Shown: positions 1 to 13,592 of the stretch, one piece after another
How positions within the stretch are numbered: position 1 is the first letter of the stretch
How the letters are laid out: each line of letters starts with the position of its first letter
Source of the DNA: the human T2T-CHM13v2.0 reference genome, Homo sapiens
DNA: 64,000 nt
Assembly: GCF_009914755.1 (NCBI RefSeq)
Contig: NC_060927.1
Direction: 5' to 3' (one strand)
Translations under genes and position numbers: made by a program
The notes under the pieces: model-generated
Told to the model about the DNA's origin: nothing
The model's database searches: none
Seen by the model: only the letters and a program-made list of their open reading frames with translations

Positions 1-545
1 GCCTGTGGAGCCTGCACACCAGATTTGTGCCCTCCCCCGAGTTCTGGCCAGAAGGCTTCTCATCCAGTTCAAATTGTTACAAAGTTGAGCTATAGATATG
101 CTTCTCCCCGTGTAGTTTTACCCAGTGCTCATCTCGCGTTGGATCACTGTGGTGCCAGGCAGGAGTGGCCTGCTAGGAGACCCAGCAAGCTCCCAGGGCC
201 TTTCTGCTGCTTCCTCTACCCCTGTATTTCACTCAGCTCTCCAAATTGACTCAGCTCCAAGTAAAGTCGGAAACTTCTCCCACAAACAGACCTTCAGCTT
301 CTCCAGTAGGAGTGTGTGTTTGGGAGAGGAGGGTCTCCCTTTCCCACTTGGATCACTCACAGTTTTGGGGATGTCTCCCAGGTCCTGCAGGAGCAGACCC
401 CTTTCTTCAGAGGGTCTGTGGGTCCTCTGGGGATCGCTGGTTTGTTCTTGCAGTCAATTTGGAGCTAAAACTCACAATATGAGCCCCCGCACACTGCTCT
501 GTCCAGAGCTGCAATCTAGTCCTGCCTCCCTTCTGCCATTATGAT
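1..545 (-). mobile_element. Old L1 (L1PB/L1P-type) 5' UTR fragment
   Basis: GC-richer segment ending in ...ATCTAGTCCTGCCTCCCTTCTGCCAT, resembling the reverse complement of an L1PB 5' end; subfamily judged by eye. Confidence 0.6.
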
Positions 546-1195
546 CGAACCTCTTCTTTTTATGTTTCTTTAAAGGTCCACTGTATGATCACTGAAAGCT
601 CTGGAACCTTGCTAAATCTACATTGCTTGACTTCATTTATCAAGATAAATTGTCTTACTACTAAAACTTTATGCATTCAGATCTCTTAACAGATGAGCCA
701 TTTTAAACTGGTTAAAAAATTTATGTATATAATTCAGTAAAAACAGTTGCAAAGATATAAATACATTTGTCATGAAATAAGTTAATGAAGATATCAGAAT
801 TCTTAAGAGCCCAATTAAACTGCAGTTATTCATTGCACACCTTTTGTGCACTGGATGCAAATGTACTCAGGTCCTTTATTGCAAAAATGAAGTGCTAGAC
901 TGAGAAACTGAAGCCATATAAAAGCAGTAATTGGTTTCTCAAATGCAGTTATTATGTGCTGAGTTATTATAAACAATTTCTCATCCCCTTTACCAGGATT
1001 AGTGTTTACGGTTAATGGAAGGTCATAACTTTTACTTTATTATTTGTGTGCTTTATTGCCAGAGTCATTGGTGGTATATTATTGTGATTTACTTGCATGA
1101 ATTTTTTTGTTTACACATAAGAAAGTACATATTGATTTTTTTAGAAAGATCAAGATTTATTTTATTATGTGTGTGAAATATATTTCACTTTAATT

Positions 1196-1308
1196 GGAAA
1201 CTTTAAATTGGCTTATAATAAATTACATATATATGAAATACTTTAAATTGGCTTATAATAAGGAAACTTTAAATTGGCTTACAATAAATTACATATATAT
1301 GAAATACT
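1196..1308. repeat. Nested AT-rich tandem duplication (66-bp and 40-bp periods)
   Basis: GGAAACTTTAAATTGGCTTA(T/C)AATAAATTACATATATATGAAATACT at 1196 and 1262, with a partial copy between them. Confidence 0.9.
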
Positions 1309-3119
1309 ATCTAAAAATATTCTGCCTACATTATCATCATGGATGCTCTAAAGTTTATGCTTCTATTAAAGTGATAGATAACATTGACATGAGCAAACAA
1401 AATCTTTAAAGAAAAAAAGATGAGACAATTATCTTTTAGTACATTTAATTACTTCATCATTTTTATTTTCCAAATTATGTTACCAAAATTTTTGTCTAAA
1501 AATTGAAACTAGAAAATACTATAAGAACACTAATACTGAATGATATTTTTATAAGTTTTAGGCTTTCTGATTAATAACCATTACCTTGTAAATATCTAAG
1601 TTCTCAGGTACTTAAGTTTAGGGTCTTAGTAGTTAACTTAGATTAATTCCATATTTGTCAAAGTTTATTGAAAATTGATGCAATTATTTTTCTCTAACAG
1701 TAGGATTCACCCTTAAAATGTATATAGTTTTACACTACAATTTTAAATACAGAATCTGGTAAGACTAATTTACACTTATATCACACTGAGACTGTGTAAT
1801 TGCTAGAATGCCACATGCATCTTTAAAATACATACATATTATAAATTCCTTGCTACGACGTGGAGCTGCACAAAAAGACTTACTGGATATCCTAATTAAT
1901 ACAAAAAGATCTCTTTAAAGTGCATAACTTTAAAGGCACTGATTTCATGAAATTCCAAAGTCTTCCAGTTAAGCATTTACCTAGTTATAATTAGTTCCAA
2001 AATTCAAAACCAATACTTTGTATAAGGGTATAATTTATAAAGTGGTAGGCACACTGTGGGCAAAGACATATTTCACTCCTAAAATTTTGGCATGATCATC
2101 CCTTGGATTTGAGAACAAGCAAAGATAAAATTATATAAATATTTTCTATAGATGATTTTCCTTAATGTCTGTGGAGCCAAAGAAATACTCCAAGATGTCA
2201 GAGACTGATATCAAGAGTTTTCCAGGAGGAAACTGAAACAGGCAGTTGCAGCCACTATATCCATCGAAGACAACAGCTGCACAGAATCCTTGGAATCAAT
2301 TGATTTACATCTATGTGTCTAATGTGCCCCAAGAGAGTCACTGTGTCTTCAAATCACAAATTACTTCAGTGCTGTGGATATGGGAGAAGCACAAGGTAAT
2401 CATCAAGCCTTACAGTGAATTCAGTACTCCTGCCAAAAGCAACCAGAAGCACTTTGCCCTTCTGACTGGTAGAAAACTTGACTGCTCCTATGTAGAGCTC
2501 AGCATCTGAGACAACTCCTCTTCAAAGCATTGTTCCATGTGCTCTCACTATAACACATTAGCTAGGCAGGTAATGTTTTCCTTTCAGTTGAGACTTGTAG
2601 ATTTTTACTCCTTTAAGAGGCCACACAAATGGTAAGTGACTGAGTAAAGACTCCACAAAGATCTCCTAACTCTTCATCCTGTGGTCTTTACACTGAACTG
2701 CACTGCCTCTAGATAAACTTATCTTTTATCATATTAGAATTTAATGGTTACAACAGTACCGTTTCCCATTATTAAAAGTAAAACTGCATAAGGGTTTCTT
2801 GTGATTTTAATTCACCAAAAAGAGCAGTGCTTGTGCATACAGAAAGAAATACACCATGAGATATTTGTAAATATTAGAGCTGGGACAAACCTTAGGAGAT
2901 GAACTAATGCTGCTTTAACTCTTCTCCCCCACCTCTATCAAAGTAGTTGATGTGTAAACAAGCTTCTGGCATGAAAACCCTCCCATATATAGCTACTGCT
3001 ATCAAGTGTTTATTGAGCTACTATAGATATCAGTGCCTGCCTATGTCCCTTTTTCCCTGAACGATTTTTGCATATGCTGGCCCATCTTCCAACTGTATCA
3101 CCTACATCACTTTCCTTAA

Positions 3120-3830
3120 GGGCTTGTTCTGGTCACTGGATCCTTCTCTGCTCATATACATGGAAGGTTGTAGTGCCAGAGAATTAAGAATTGATGACTG
3201 ATAGGAGTTGGTAGATTAATACCTCAGTTTCTTCTGTCTTCTAGGGAGATACCTCTGAGGTCTATCTTCCACATTGGTTCTCAGAGTTCCCCAGTAAGAT
3301 TAAGCTCCAATTACTCACAATGCAAATGTGTGTGGTAATCCACTCCTTGTTGGCTTTCTTCTCTTTCTTGTCTGACTTCTCCATCTACTACCAGTATTTC
3401 CTGGGGTGACCTCTGTCTTATATTGGGCTGCTATGACAAATTACCATAGACTGCATGACTTATAAACAACAGAAATTTACTTCTCAAAGTTCTGGATACT
3501 GAGAGTCTGCGATCAGGATGCCAGCATTGTGAGGGCTCCCTTCCAAGTTGCAGAGTGTCAACTTCTCATTGTGTCCTCACATGACAGAAAGAGTTAGAGA
3601 GCCCTCTAAGTTGTCTTTTGTAAGGGCACTAATCCCATTCATGAAGACTCTACCCTCATCACCTAAATTACCTCCCAAAGTTCCTACCTTCTAATACCAT
3701 CACATTGGGGATTAAGATTTCAACATATCAGTTTTTTGAAAGGGACACATCAGTCTATAACAACCTCTCAAACTACTTGCACCCAAATCCTTGTCTTGGA
3801 GTCTGCTCCTGGGGACCCAACCAAAGATAT
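3120..3830. mobile_element. LTR16-like ERVL LTR interrupted by an MLT1A/MST-type MaLR LTR (~3414-3761)
   Basis: LTR16-like 3' motif ACTACTTGCACCCAAATCCTTGTCT...GGGGACCCAACC; nested MaLR motifs GGGCTGCTATGACAAATTACCATAGACTG and ATCACATTGGGGATTAAGATTTCAACAT. Confidence 0.6.
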
Positions 3831-4298
3831 TAAGTGTTTTACTATGCATCATGTTAGAAGCTTAGTGCATTTCTGTTTTATGTTAATTAATCCTCAGGAT
3901 AATCCTGCAAGCTATTTTTAATACCCATTTTAAAGATGAGAAACATGGAACTTACAGACATTATAATTTGCCTATGATTGCCCAAATAGGAGTAGAAGAG
4001 CCAAGATTCAAAAACAGGTTTATCTGACTCCAGATCTTATTTTAAACACTGAGAATCATAAGTTCTTTTTCAGTGCTGCCCCACAGGTTTATATACAAAA
4101 TAAAAAATATATTGGATCACTTCGTAATCAGTGGAATTCAATGACCAATTGAAACCAATTAAGTCATATGCCCATCAACTCCAAGGGAATACTATATTCA
4201 ATGAAAAACCTTAAGTGAGATGCTGTAATAAAAGCTATCACTGATTTCTGCTACCTAGTCCATGTACTGAGCACAACACTGATGATGGGATAATTGTC

Positions 4299-4375
4299 TG
4301 GTCTTGTTTAGGCCATCATCCTGTTATGTTTGCCCATGGACTTAGCATAATGGGATGATGGCCTAAACAAGATCA
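4299..4375 (-). ncRNA. MIR5704: microRNA 5704 precursor hairpin (intronic, same strand as CPNE4)
   Basis: Near-perfect inverted repeat 4293-4330 / 4344-4381; minus strand 4366->4345 reads UUAGGCCAUCAUCCCAUUAUGC, which I recall as mature hsa-miR-5704; 77-nt stem-loop. Confidence 0.88.
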
Positions 4376-4624
4376 GACAATAGTGACTATTGGAAATAAT
4401 TCTAAGGGTTTTCAACCAAGATGGATGGAAGAAATACGATAATTATATCCATCTTTTTATATTTCCCAAAGGAGTAGATGCATTGAAAACATTATTTAAA
4501 CATATTAGTAACTGCTAAATGGTAAATTTGAGGTTAGGAAAAGTCATCGCTTGAGAAGACTACTGAAAGATCATTTTACAACTGCTTTAACCAGATTAAG
4601 CCCTTCTCCTTAGCAGTATTTACC

Positions 4625-4850
4625 TATAGGGGGTGTGTAATGGCAAACCAGCTCTCTAGGAGGAAGTCAGGGAGGAAACAGAACCTGATTGGTAGTGTTT
4701 GCCAATTTCTGTTGTGTAAATATTCCCACCATGGCCAAGTTCAAGCTACCAACATGATGTCATTGAATAATTTGAATGACATTGTATATAGTTGGAAGCA
4801 CACAATCTGCCCTCACAAGCCAGTATGGGTCAGCTCTAGCACACCACTGT
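4625..4850. mobile_element. MER63-like hAT DNA transposon remnant
   Basis: GTGTAAATATTCCCACCATGGCCAAGTTCAAGCTACCAAC and terminal CAGCTCTAGCACACCACTG. Confidence 0.6.
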
Positions 4851-5059
4851 TCCCACAGGATGATGAGAGCAACAACCTAATGGCTTAAGTGCATCTCCTT
4901 TAGGTTCTAGGGAAGATAAGAGATGAGAAAAGCAGCAAACAAACAAAAAAGCAGGCAAATCTGCTCTAGGCAAGATCTGCTTTATTCTGAGAGGTAACGA
5001 CTGTTCTCTCCTAGCATGGATCAGAGACAGGAGGAATTGTGCAACATAGAACTTAAGGA

Positions 5060-5327
5060 GGCTGGGCCCGGTGGCTCACGCCTGTAATCCCAGCACTTTG
5101 GGAGGCCAGGCAGGCGGATCACGAGGTTAGAAGTTCGAGACCATCCTAGCTAACATGGTGAAACCCAGTCTCTACTAAAAATATAAAAAATTAGAAGCCG
5201 GGAGGCGGAGGTTGCAGTGAGCCAAGATTGCGCCACTGCACTCCAGCCTGGGCGACAGAGCGAGACTCGGTCTCAAAAAAAAAAAAACAAAAAAAAACAA
5301 AAACAAACAAACAAAAAAAAAAAACAA
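5060..5327 (+). mobile_element. Alu (AluSc/Y-like) with an internal deletion in the right monomer
   Basis: Alu 5' end GGCTGGGCCCGGTGGCTCACGCC, A-rich tail, TSD AGAACTTAAGGA at 5048-5059 and 5328-5339. Confidence 0.95.
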
Positions 5328-5830
5328 AGAACTTAAGGATAGACAGAACAGTGTTTTTAAATTTCAGCTGCATATTACAATACCCTAAGAATTTTCAAAA
5401 AGTCCTGATGTCCAGTCCTCACTCAAGGCCAATTAAATCAGAATCTCTGGAAGTGGTACTTAGGCATCAGTTGATATCAATGTGCAGCCAGCAGTGAGAA
5501 TGAATGCTCCATAAAAACACTTCTCAAATTTGAATGTGCACATATTCAAATGTGTGATTTGTGGGTGATTTGTGAAAATTCAGACTCTGAAAATATTAAG
5601 TAAAAAATAGTGGTATTTTGTAAGTTCAAGAACATGAAAAGCTAATAAGCTAATTAACGATAGTAGAAGTAAAACCAGTGGTTGCCTCTGGGAGAGTATT
5701 GACTGAAAAGAAGAAGGAAAACCTCTTTGGTGCTGGAAATGTTCTACATTTGATGTGGGAAAAGGTAACAAAATTGACACAATAAGTAGTACACTTTAGG
5801 TTAGTACACTTTACAAATTAAGTTGTACAG

Positions 5831-6153
<323 letters not shown>

Positions 6154-6454
6154 TAGTATACTTTACACAACAAAATAGTGAAACTGGGGGAAAAATGCAG
6201 AACCCATGTAGGTTCTCATGGTCTAGATTTCTAACACGTTCCCAAGCAATTCTGATGCTCGATAGCATCTGATCTTACTTTGAGTCTCAAGGCTCTAGAC
6301 TAGTGTCAGGGTGACTTACAAGTCGATTTGCTATAAATGTTTACCCAGTGCTTATAATGTGCCAAGCACAGGGCTGTTGAATATTAGGTCCATGAATAAG
6401 CATTTGGCTTCCTTTAGGAAGCCACAGTCTACTGAGGGCAAATAGTTAGTGTGA

Positions 6455-7110
6455 TACATTTATTCATTAATTACAAATACCATAGTGAGTCTCTGCCATG
6501 TGCTATGAGTAGGTGACACAGACATGAACAAGTCAGGGAAAATGCTTGTTCCCCTTCCCCCAGGATTTATGGATATTAGACCATAAAACACACATATATT
6601 TACTCATCCCAAATGAGATACATGCTATAAGAACAGGGTGAAGTTGAGTTGTTGAAAGAAGGTCAATATGGTTGGAAAGTGAGAAGTGACAGTTAGCAGT
6701 AAACAATGAGGTCACTGATCCATATAGGGGCCGGAGAAAGCAGGGCTTGATGAGCCAGGTTAAGGATTCTGGTCTTTGTCTTAAGAGCAATGGGAAGCCT
6801 TTGAAAGGGCTTAAGCAGGAGAGTGGCATAATCAGATTTGCATTTTTAAAAAGATCACTCTAACTGCATTGTGGTGAGCCAGTTGGAGAGCGGCCAGAAA
6901 GAGGGTCAGTCTAGTAGACCAAAAGAGAGATGATATTAGCTTGGATGAGGGCAATAGCTATGGAGACAGAAATGGGCCTAGTTTACGGATATTCATGTAG
7001 GAATATAGACAAATCTTGATAGTTGATTGACTACCAAGGAGTCAAAGATGACTTTGAGTGTTCTCACTTGCACACCTGTAAAAATCAGGGTGTCATGCAC
7101 AAAAATGGGG
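6455..7110 (-). mobile_element. L2 fragment
   Basis: Typical L2 motifs CATTTATTCATT...TGCCATGTGCTA and GGGAAGCCTTTGAAAGGGCTTAAGCAGG...GATCACTCT. Confidence 0.6.
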
Positions 7111-9213
7111 AGGAACACTGTCCTTATTGTTTCCGTATTCTCCAGGCTTACCAGAATAATCTCAATTTTATGTAAATTTATTTTTTAGTTAACATAGTTT
7201 TCCAAATATAAGATTTATAAATAAATCCACAAATTAAAAAATGTTTGACAATGATACCTCTTTTTCCATGGTCAGCATAGCTGAGGAAGAGCTAGATTCA
7301 CATAAACCTGGATCACTGTAATGCCAGGCCCACTTATGTTTCACTGTGGACATAAAGACCCCAAAGCTCAAAAGTTAAATACAAATTATTCTTTTCTATG
7401 CATTTCCCCTCTTTCTTCCCTTTAGGACTCATAAACTAATAGTTGACTATGTTATATAGAGATACATGCTTAGGAAACTGCTTATAATTGTGTGCACTGC
7501 TGTTTTGCCATTGCTGATTTTACTTCTCAGAGTGATGCATTTTAAAGGTGTGTTCAAAGCCCACCTGTCTGAATGACTCTCAGGTGCCACACAAAGGGTG
7601 GCAGATGATGAACATGACCTCTAGGAGATAAGAAGCAGACCTGGATGCATTACTGCATTATTATCCTTCTAAAAGAAATAAAACCTTTTGGTGGCTATTG
7701 AGATCAGATTCAACGTGAAAATATAGGAGTTTAGAGTTTACTGGAGTCCCTGTAGGTCAACTAAGTGCCCCTAAAGGCTTTCAGTTAGCATAGATTGTTT
7801 CAAGCATAAAATACCGCTTTGGAATATCAAACATTAAGCTCTCATCAAACACTGTAGGTGAGTAAACAGAGGCTTTAACTACAAATACATGTATTAAAAA
7901 TTTCTTCTTGAGCAGTAACAATGGCCAAAGAATTGCGCAAGTTTGGGAACCCGTAAACCAAGAGTCCTACCCTCATGGTGCTGTATTCTACCAGGAAAAC
8001 AGATATGAGAAGAACCAAAGAAAATTCAAGATAGAATGAAATTAATGCTGAAAAGAGAGAGAAGCAACTTTTGTGAAAGCCAAAAGAATGACATATTTTC
8101 TCTCACTGGGAGACAAGAAAGCGCTTATTAAAACAATGTAATTTGAGGTGGTGATAGGTGAGGAATAAATCCAAATTTTACGGGTGGAGAAAGCATGTCC
8201 AGTCCAAGATAACACCATGTCAAAAATATCAAAAAGCAAAATTGCTTTCAGATTTTGGGAAACACGTAGTAGTACAGTGAGAATAACGTTCTGGTGAGAC
8301 CAGGGTGAGCAAGCTTATAACCAAGCATGAAGGGCCCAGAATCCTGGACTAAAGAGGCTTAAATGTAACGCATGGGCTCTGGGAAGCCATTGAAGGAAAG
8401 GCAGGAAGCTCCATTTGGAAGGGGAATGTTGCTGGACTATGGGCATAATGAAAATAATGGATTATTGTGAATTTGTAGCCAAAGCCCACATTCTCTTCAG
8501 GTGAATTGCAATGCCCATTGTTTCACTGGTAACTTTGTAAAACAGAAGAGACATTTAAAATAATGTATCTTCATTTATCATTTTGTGTGTCATACAAGTC
8601 TCTGTAAACTTATATGACCACATCTCCAAGATAGAAAGATTTATCTATATTTAATTCTCTAAAAGAAAAGATACAATCAGTAAGTTTAGTTTTATGAAAG
8701 AATAATTTTCACTATCTAAATTATGATTGTGCAGGCTATAGGTTATTTTACTAAAAAATTATTGGTTCAAGGACTGAGTTGAGTTTTGAGTTCTAGCCAA
8801 TTTTTTAGTGCCTAAGTCTAAACAACTATTGTTATATAGAGGTGGAATAAATGTTTTATGTGTGTGTTATGTGTAGAATAAATGTTGTTTTTGGTTCTTT
8901 TTCTTTTTTTTAAACACCCCCTGCCCCCAGTAAACACAATAACAATTATATTGTATGAAGCATTTCAAGTACATATTCAATAAAATACGTAAGACAAATG
9001 TTATATGACTTGACAACATAATACGTATAGAATAAAATATGAAAAGACTTGGATTATTTTCATTTTCTTGATCTTTTACAATAAAATAAATACCTGATTT
9101 GGAACTGTATACTTCAAAAATTTATTGGAATAATCGTTGGTGTCCCTTTCTTTTTCTGTCCTAGTGTAACTTATTTGTCCAGGATATCCATTGTTGAAGG
9201 AAAAAGGGAGGAT

Positions 9214-11496
9214 TCATATGGCTTGGCTGTGTCCCCACCCAAATCTCATCTTGAATTATAATTCCCATAATCCCCATGTGTCATGGGAGGGACCTGGTGG
9301 GAGGTAACTGAATCACGGGGGAAGTTACTCCCATGCTTTCTTGTGATAGTGAATTCTCACAAGATCTGATGGTTTTATAAGGGGCTTTCCCCCCTTTGTT
9401 CAGCACTTCTCCTTTCTGCTGCCACGTGAAGAAAAATATGTTTGCTTCCCCTTCCACCATGATTGTAAGTTTCCTGAGGCCTCCTTCCCCATGCCGAACT
9501 GTGAGTCAATTAAACCTCTTTCCTTTATAAATTACCCAGTCTCTCATATGTCTTTACTAGCAGTTTGAGAATGGACTAATACAGTAAATTGGTGCCGAAG
9601 GAGTAGGGCATGGCTATAACGATGGAAGCAACTTTGGAACTGGGTAACAGGCAGAGATTGGAAGAGTTTGGAGGGCTCAGAAGAGGACATAAAAATGTGG
9701 GAAAGTTTGGAACTTCCTAGAGAATTGGAGAACTCAGAAGACAGGAAGATGTGGGAAAGTTTGAAACTTCCTGGAGACTTGTTGAATGGTTTCAACCAAA
9801 ATGCTGATAATGATATGGACAATGAAATCCAGGCTAAGGTGGTCTAAAATGGAGATGAGGAACTGTTGGGAACTGGAGCATAGGTGACTCTTTCTATGCT
9901 TTAGCAAAGAGACTGGCAGCATTTGCCTTGTCCTAGAGATCTGTGGAACTTTGAACTTGAGAGAAATGATTAGGATATCTAGTGGAAGAAATTTCTAAGT
10001 GGCAGAGCATTCAAGAGAAAGCAGAACATTAAAGTTTGGAAGATTTGCAACCTGACAATGCGATAGAAAAGAAAAATCCATTTTCTGGGGAGAAATTCAA
10101 GCCCACTGGAGAAATTTGAGTAAGTAATCACCAAGAAAATGGGGAAAATGTCTCCAGGGCATGTCAGAGACCTTCATGGCAACCCCTCCCATCACAGGCC
10201 CAGAGGTCTAGGAGGGAAAAATCGTTTCCTAGGCTGGGCCTCCTGCTCTGTGCAGCCTTAGGATATGGTACCCTGCCATGTCCAAGCTGCTTCAGCTCCA
10301 GCTGTGGCTAAAAGGGGCCAAGGTACAGGTCAGGCTGTGGCTTCAGAGGGTGAAAGTGCCAAGCCTTCACAGCTTCCATGTGGTGTTTCTCCTACAGATG
10401 CACAGAAGACAAGAATTGGAAACCTCTGCCTAGATTTCAAAGGAGGTATGGAAATGCCTGGATATCTAGGCAGAAGTTTCCTGCAGGGGTGGAGCCCTCA
10501 TGGAGAACCTCTGCTACAACAGTAAGGAAGGGAAATGTGGGGTTGGAATCCCTACACTGAGTCCTCAGTGGGGCTCTGCCTAGTGGAGCTGTGAGAAGAG
10601 GGCCACCATCATCAGGACTCCAGAATTGTAGATCAACTGACAGCTTTTACCATGCAGCTGGAAAAGCCTCAGACACACAAGCTGTGAAAGCAGCTGGAAG
10701 GGAGCTGTACCCTGCAAAGCCACAGGGACAGAGCTTCCCAAGGCTGTGGGAGCCCACCTCTTCCATTAGTATGACCTGGGTGTGAGACATGGGGTCAAAG
10801 GGGATCATTTCGGAATTTTAAGGTTAATGACTGCCCTATTGGATTTTGGACTTGAATGGGGCCGGTAGCCCCTTTGTTTTGGCCAATTTCTCCCATTTGG
10901 AATGGTTCCAATGTTTGTATCCCCATTGTATCTAGGAAGTAACTAACTTGCTTTTAGTTTTACAGGCTCATAGGTGGAAGGGACTTCCCTTATCTCAGAT
11001 GAGACTTTGGACTTGAACTTTTGGGTTAATGCTGGAATGAGCTAAGACATGGGGGACTGTTGGAAAGGCATGATTGTGTTTTGAAATGTGAGGACATAAG
11101 ATTTGGGAGGGGCCAGAGGCAGAATGATATGGTTTGGCTGTGTCCCCACCCAAATCTCATCTTAAATTGTAGTTCCCATAATCCCCATGTGTTGTCAGAG
11201 GGACCTGGTGGGAGGTAATTTAATCATGGAGGCAGTTACTCCCATGCCATTCTAGTGATAGTGAGTGAGTTCTCACGAGATCTAAGGGCTTTATAAGAGG
11301 CTTTTCCTTCTTTGCTCAACACTTCTGCTACCTGCTGCTATGTGAAGGACACATTTGCTTCCCCTTCTGCCATGATTGTAAGTTTCCTGAGGCCTCCTTA
11401 GCCACGCTGAACTGTGAGTCAATTAAACCTCTTTCCTTTATAAATTACCCAGTCTTGGGTATGTCTTTATTAGCAGCATGAGAATGGACTAATACA
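9214..11496 (+). mobile_element. Full-length THE1 (THE1D-like) MaLR: 5' LTR 9214-9583, internal 9584-11124, 3' LTR 11125-11496
   Basis: Both LTRs start T(C/G)ATATGG(C/T)TTGGCTGTGTCCCCACCCAAATCTCATCTT and end GAATGGACTAATACA; 5-bp TSD AGGAT/AAGAT; antisense to CPNE4. Confidence 0.95.
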
Positions 11497-12269
11497 AAGA
11501 TAATGGAGGTTGAAGAGATAATGGAGGATAAGGCACATGATTTGCTTTTCAGCAAACTTGCTTTTCAGCAGACCTAGAGAATGAAGAATTGCATTACCTT
11601 GCAATAAGGAGTTAGGTCCATAAAAAATCGTTCTGTTCTCTATCACTTCACTCATGAAAGTATCACAAGTGGCACTAACGTTCAAAAGGAAGAATATTTT
11701 GATGAATTCCTTTGCTATGTGAAGTTAAGTAGATTGATAAATGCTGTCCAGGTTCAGGACCTTTAAAGAGGATACAGGAAACTTGAAATCTTAATTTCTT
11801 GACTAGCATTCTTTTGAAAAAGCAAAAGATGATCATGGAGAAATATTATTACTTAAAACTATTCAACTCTGGGTCACTCAAGCAGAAAACACCCTGATTT
11901 CGTGTGCAGGAGTGGCAAAAAAAAAAAAAAAAAAAAGCATAGCTTTAGAAACTAAAGTTCTTACATTCACTTTCATGACTTTGTCTGTGAAAACATGGGT
12001 TCTGCATAAGACCAACATCCTAAAGTGCAGCAGAAGCAGAATCAAAGCCCTTGGTAGAAGATGAGCTCTAGAAAGTTTTCTAACCCACAGGAAAAATTCT
12101 CTTTTGCACCATTGTAACTATTAATAAAAAATACTCAAAGATGTGTTAATAGGTAATGCTCTCAATTTAAGATACTAACTTTACATTTCTCTAATTATTG
12201 CTTGGAATAATATCCCAAGCTTTAAAAATACCAGTAAGACAGTCCCATTCAATATCGGAGTAGAGATCT

Positions 12270-12725
12270 TTACTAGTGCAAAAATACAAGAAAAAGACAT
12301 ACAAATTAGGAAGAAACAAGAAACAATGCTGTCTCTGTCCTCAAATAAAATGATTATTTACATAGAAAATCCTAGAAGTCTACAAAAAGGCCATTAGAAC
12401 TAAGTGAGCTTAGCAAAGTTGCATTGTAGAAAGACAATACACAAAAATCAATGACATTTCTATATATTAGCTATGGAATGGAAAATTTGCATTTTGCAAA
12501 AGTACTATTTATAATGGCACCAGAAATGTAAAATCTAAATCTAGGTAAAATCTAGATCAGCATGAAAGATGAAAGTCTGCATCTAGCAAGATATGTACAA
12601 GATTCATATGCTGTAAAAACTACTAATGAGAAAAATTAAAGACCTGAACAAATGAAGATGTATAACTCAACTTCATGGATTGGAAGATTTAATATTGTGT
12701 AGAATCAATGCAGTTCCAACCAAAA
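12270..12725 (+). mobile_element. Old L1M ORF2 remnant
   Basis: Degenerate L1 ORF2 motifs ATGATTATTTACATAGAAAATCCT, ACAAAAATCAATGACATTTCTATA, TTCATGGATTGGAAGATTTAATATTGT. Confidence 0.7.
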
Positions 12726-12842
12726 GTATCAGTAAGGTGAGTTTTTTAGTTATATTTTGTAAAATATAAACTTATGTAAGAGAAATAAAAGATAACCCCA
12801 AACTTCAAGTATAATGAAATTACACTTTGAAATGTCAGCTTC

Positions 12843-12985
12843 TTGCTTCTCAAAGTAAGGTTCATGGACCAGCAGGAGCAGCTGCACCATCTGGCAGCTG
12901 CTCAAGACCTGCTGAAGGAGAATCTGCATTTTAACAAATTCTCCAGGCAATTCAATTTATATGCATATTAAAGTCTGAGAAGTGC
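12843..12985. mobile_element. MER5A fragment
   Basis: GAATCTGCATTTTAACAAATTCTCCAGG...ATTAAAGTCTGAGAA. Confidence 0.65.
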
Positions 12986-13460
12986 AATGTTAGTGTGATT
13001 TTTCACTTCCAGCCCTTCAAAGTTCAGGTAATATAAATTAATTAAATTCTTTTGAAGGTTTGTGTATTTCTTTGGGAGAACCCTATGTACTGGGCCCTGA
13101 AGCCATCTCTAAGGTCTGAATACATTAAAGCAAGTAATTACTTAAAATAGCACCTACTCCTCCCAAAGGACGTAAACTTTTAGAGTAGCATATACACTGG
13201 GGAGATGGATAAAACAGATTTTTAAAAACCTTTTCTATAATGAGACTGTCACTTGTACAGAAAAGCATTTAATCAATGTTAAAAGAGAAGTAACCAAAAG
13301 CATATGCTTCCAAATACTTTTTTCTTTTTAGAGACAGGGTCTTGAATCCTTGCTATGCCAAACAATTTTTTAATAAAAATGTATTGCTCTCTTTCCTGTT
13401 CAACTTTTAAGGTGCCTCTCTTCCTTGACTCCTACCTCTAGGAGGTAACATAAAGGGTCT

Positions 13461-13592
13461 TGTTGTTTGTTTGTTTGTTTCTGTAGAGAGGGGATCTTGC
13501 TATATTGCCCAGGCTGGTCCCAAACTCCTGGGCTCAAGCGATCCTCCAACCCCTGCCTCCCAAAATGCTGGCATGAGCCACCATGCCCAGCT
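13461..13592 (-). mobile_element. FLAM/AluJ left monomer
   Basis: TTGCCCAGGCTGGTCCCAAACTCCTGGGCTCAAGCGATCCTCC...GAGCCACCATGCCCAGC. Confidence 0.85.

Noticed and set aside
5527-5552. Short palindrome ATTTGAATGTGCACATATTCAAAT
   Set aside because: Lies in MER5-type DNA transposon sequence and is too short to be meaningful
9675-9780. ~55-bp duplication inside THE1-int
   Set aside because: I recall similar duplications in THE1 internal sequences, so it is probably a family feature rather than locus-specific
9544-10785. ORFs within the THE1 internal region
   Set aside because: Fragments of the decayed MaLR internal sequence, not an intact gene
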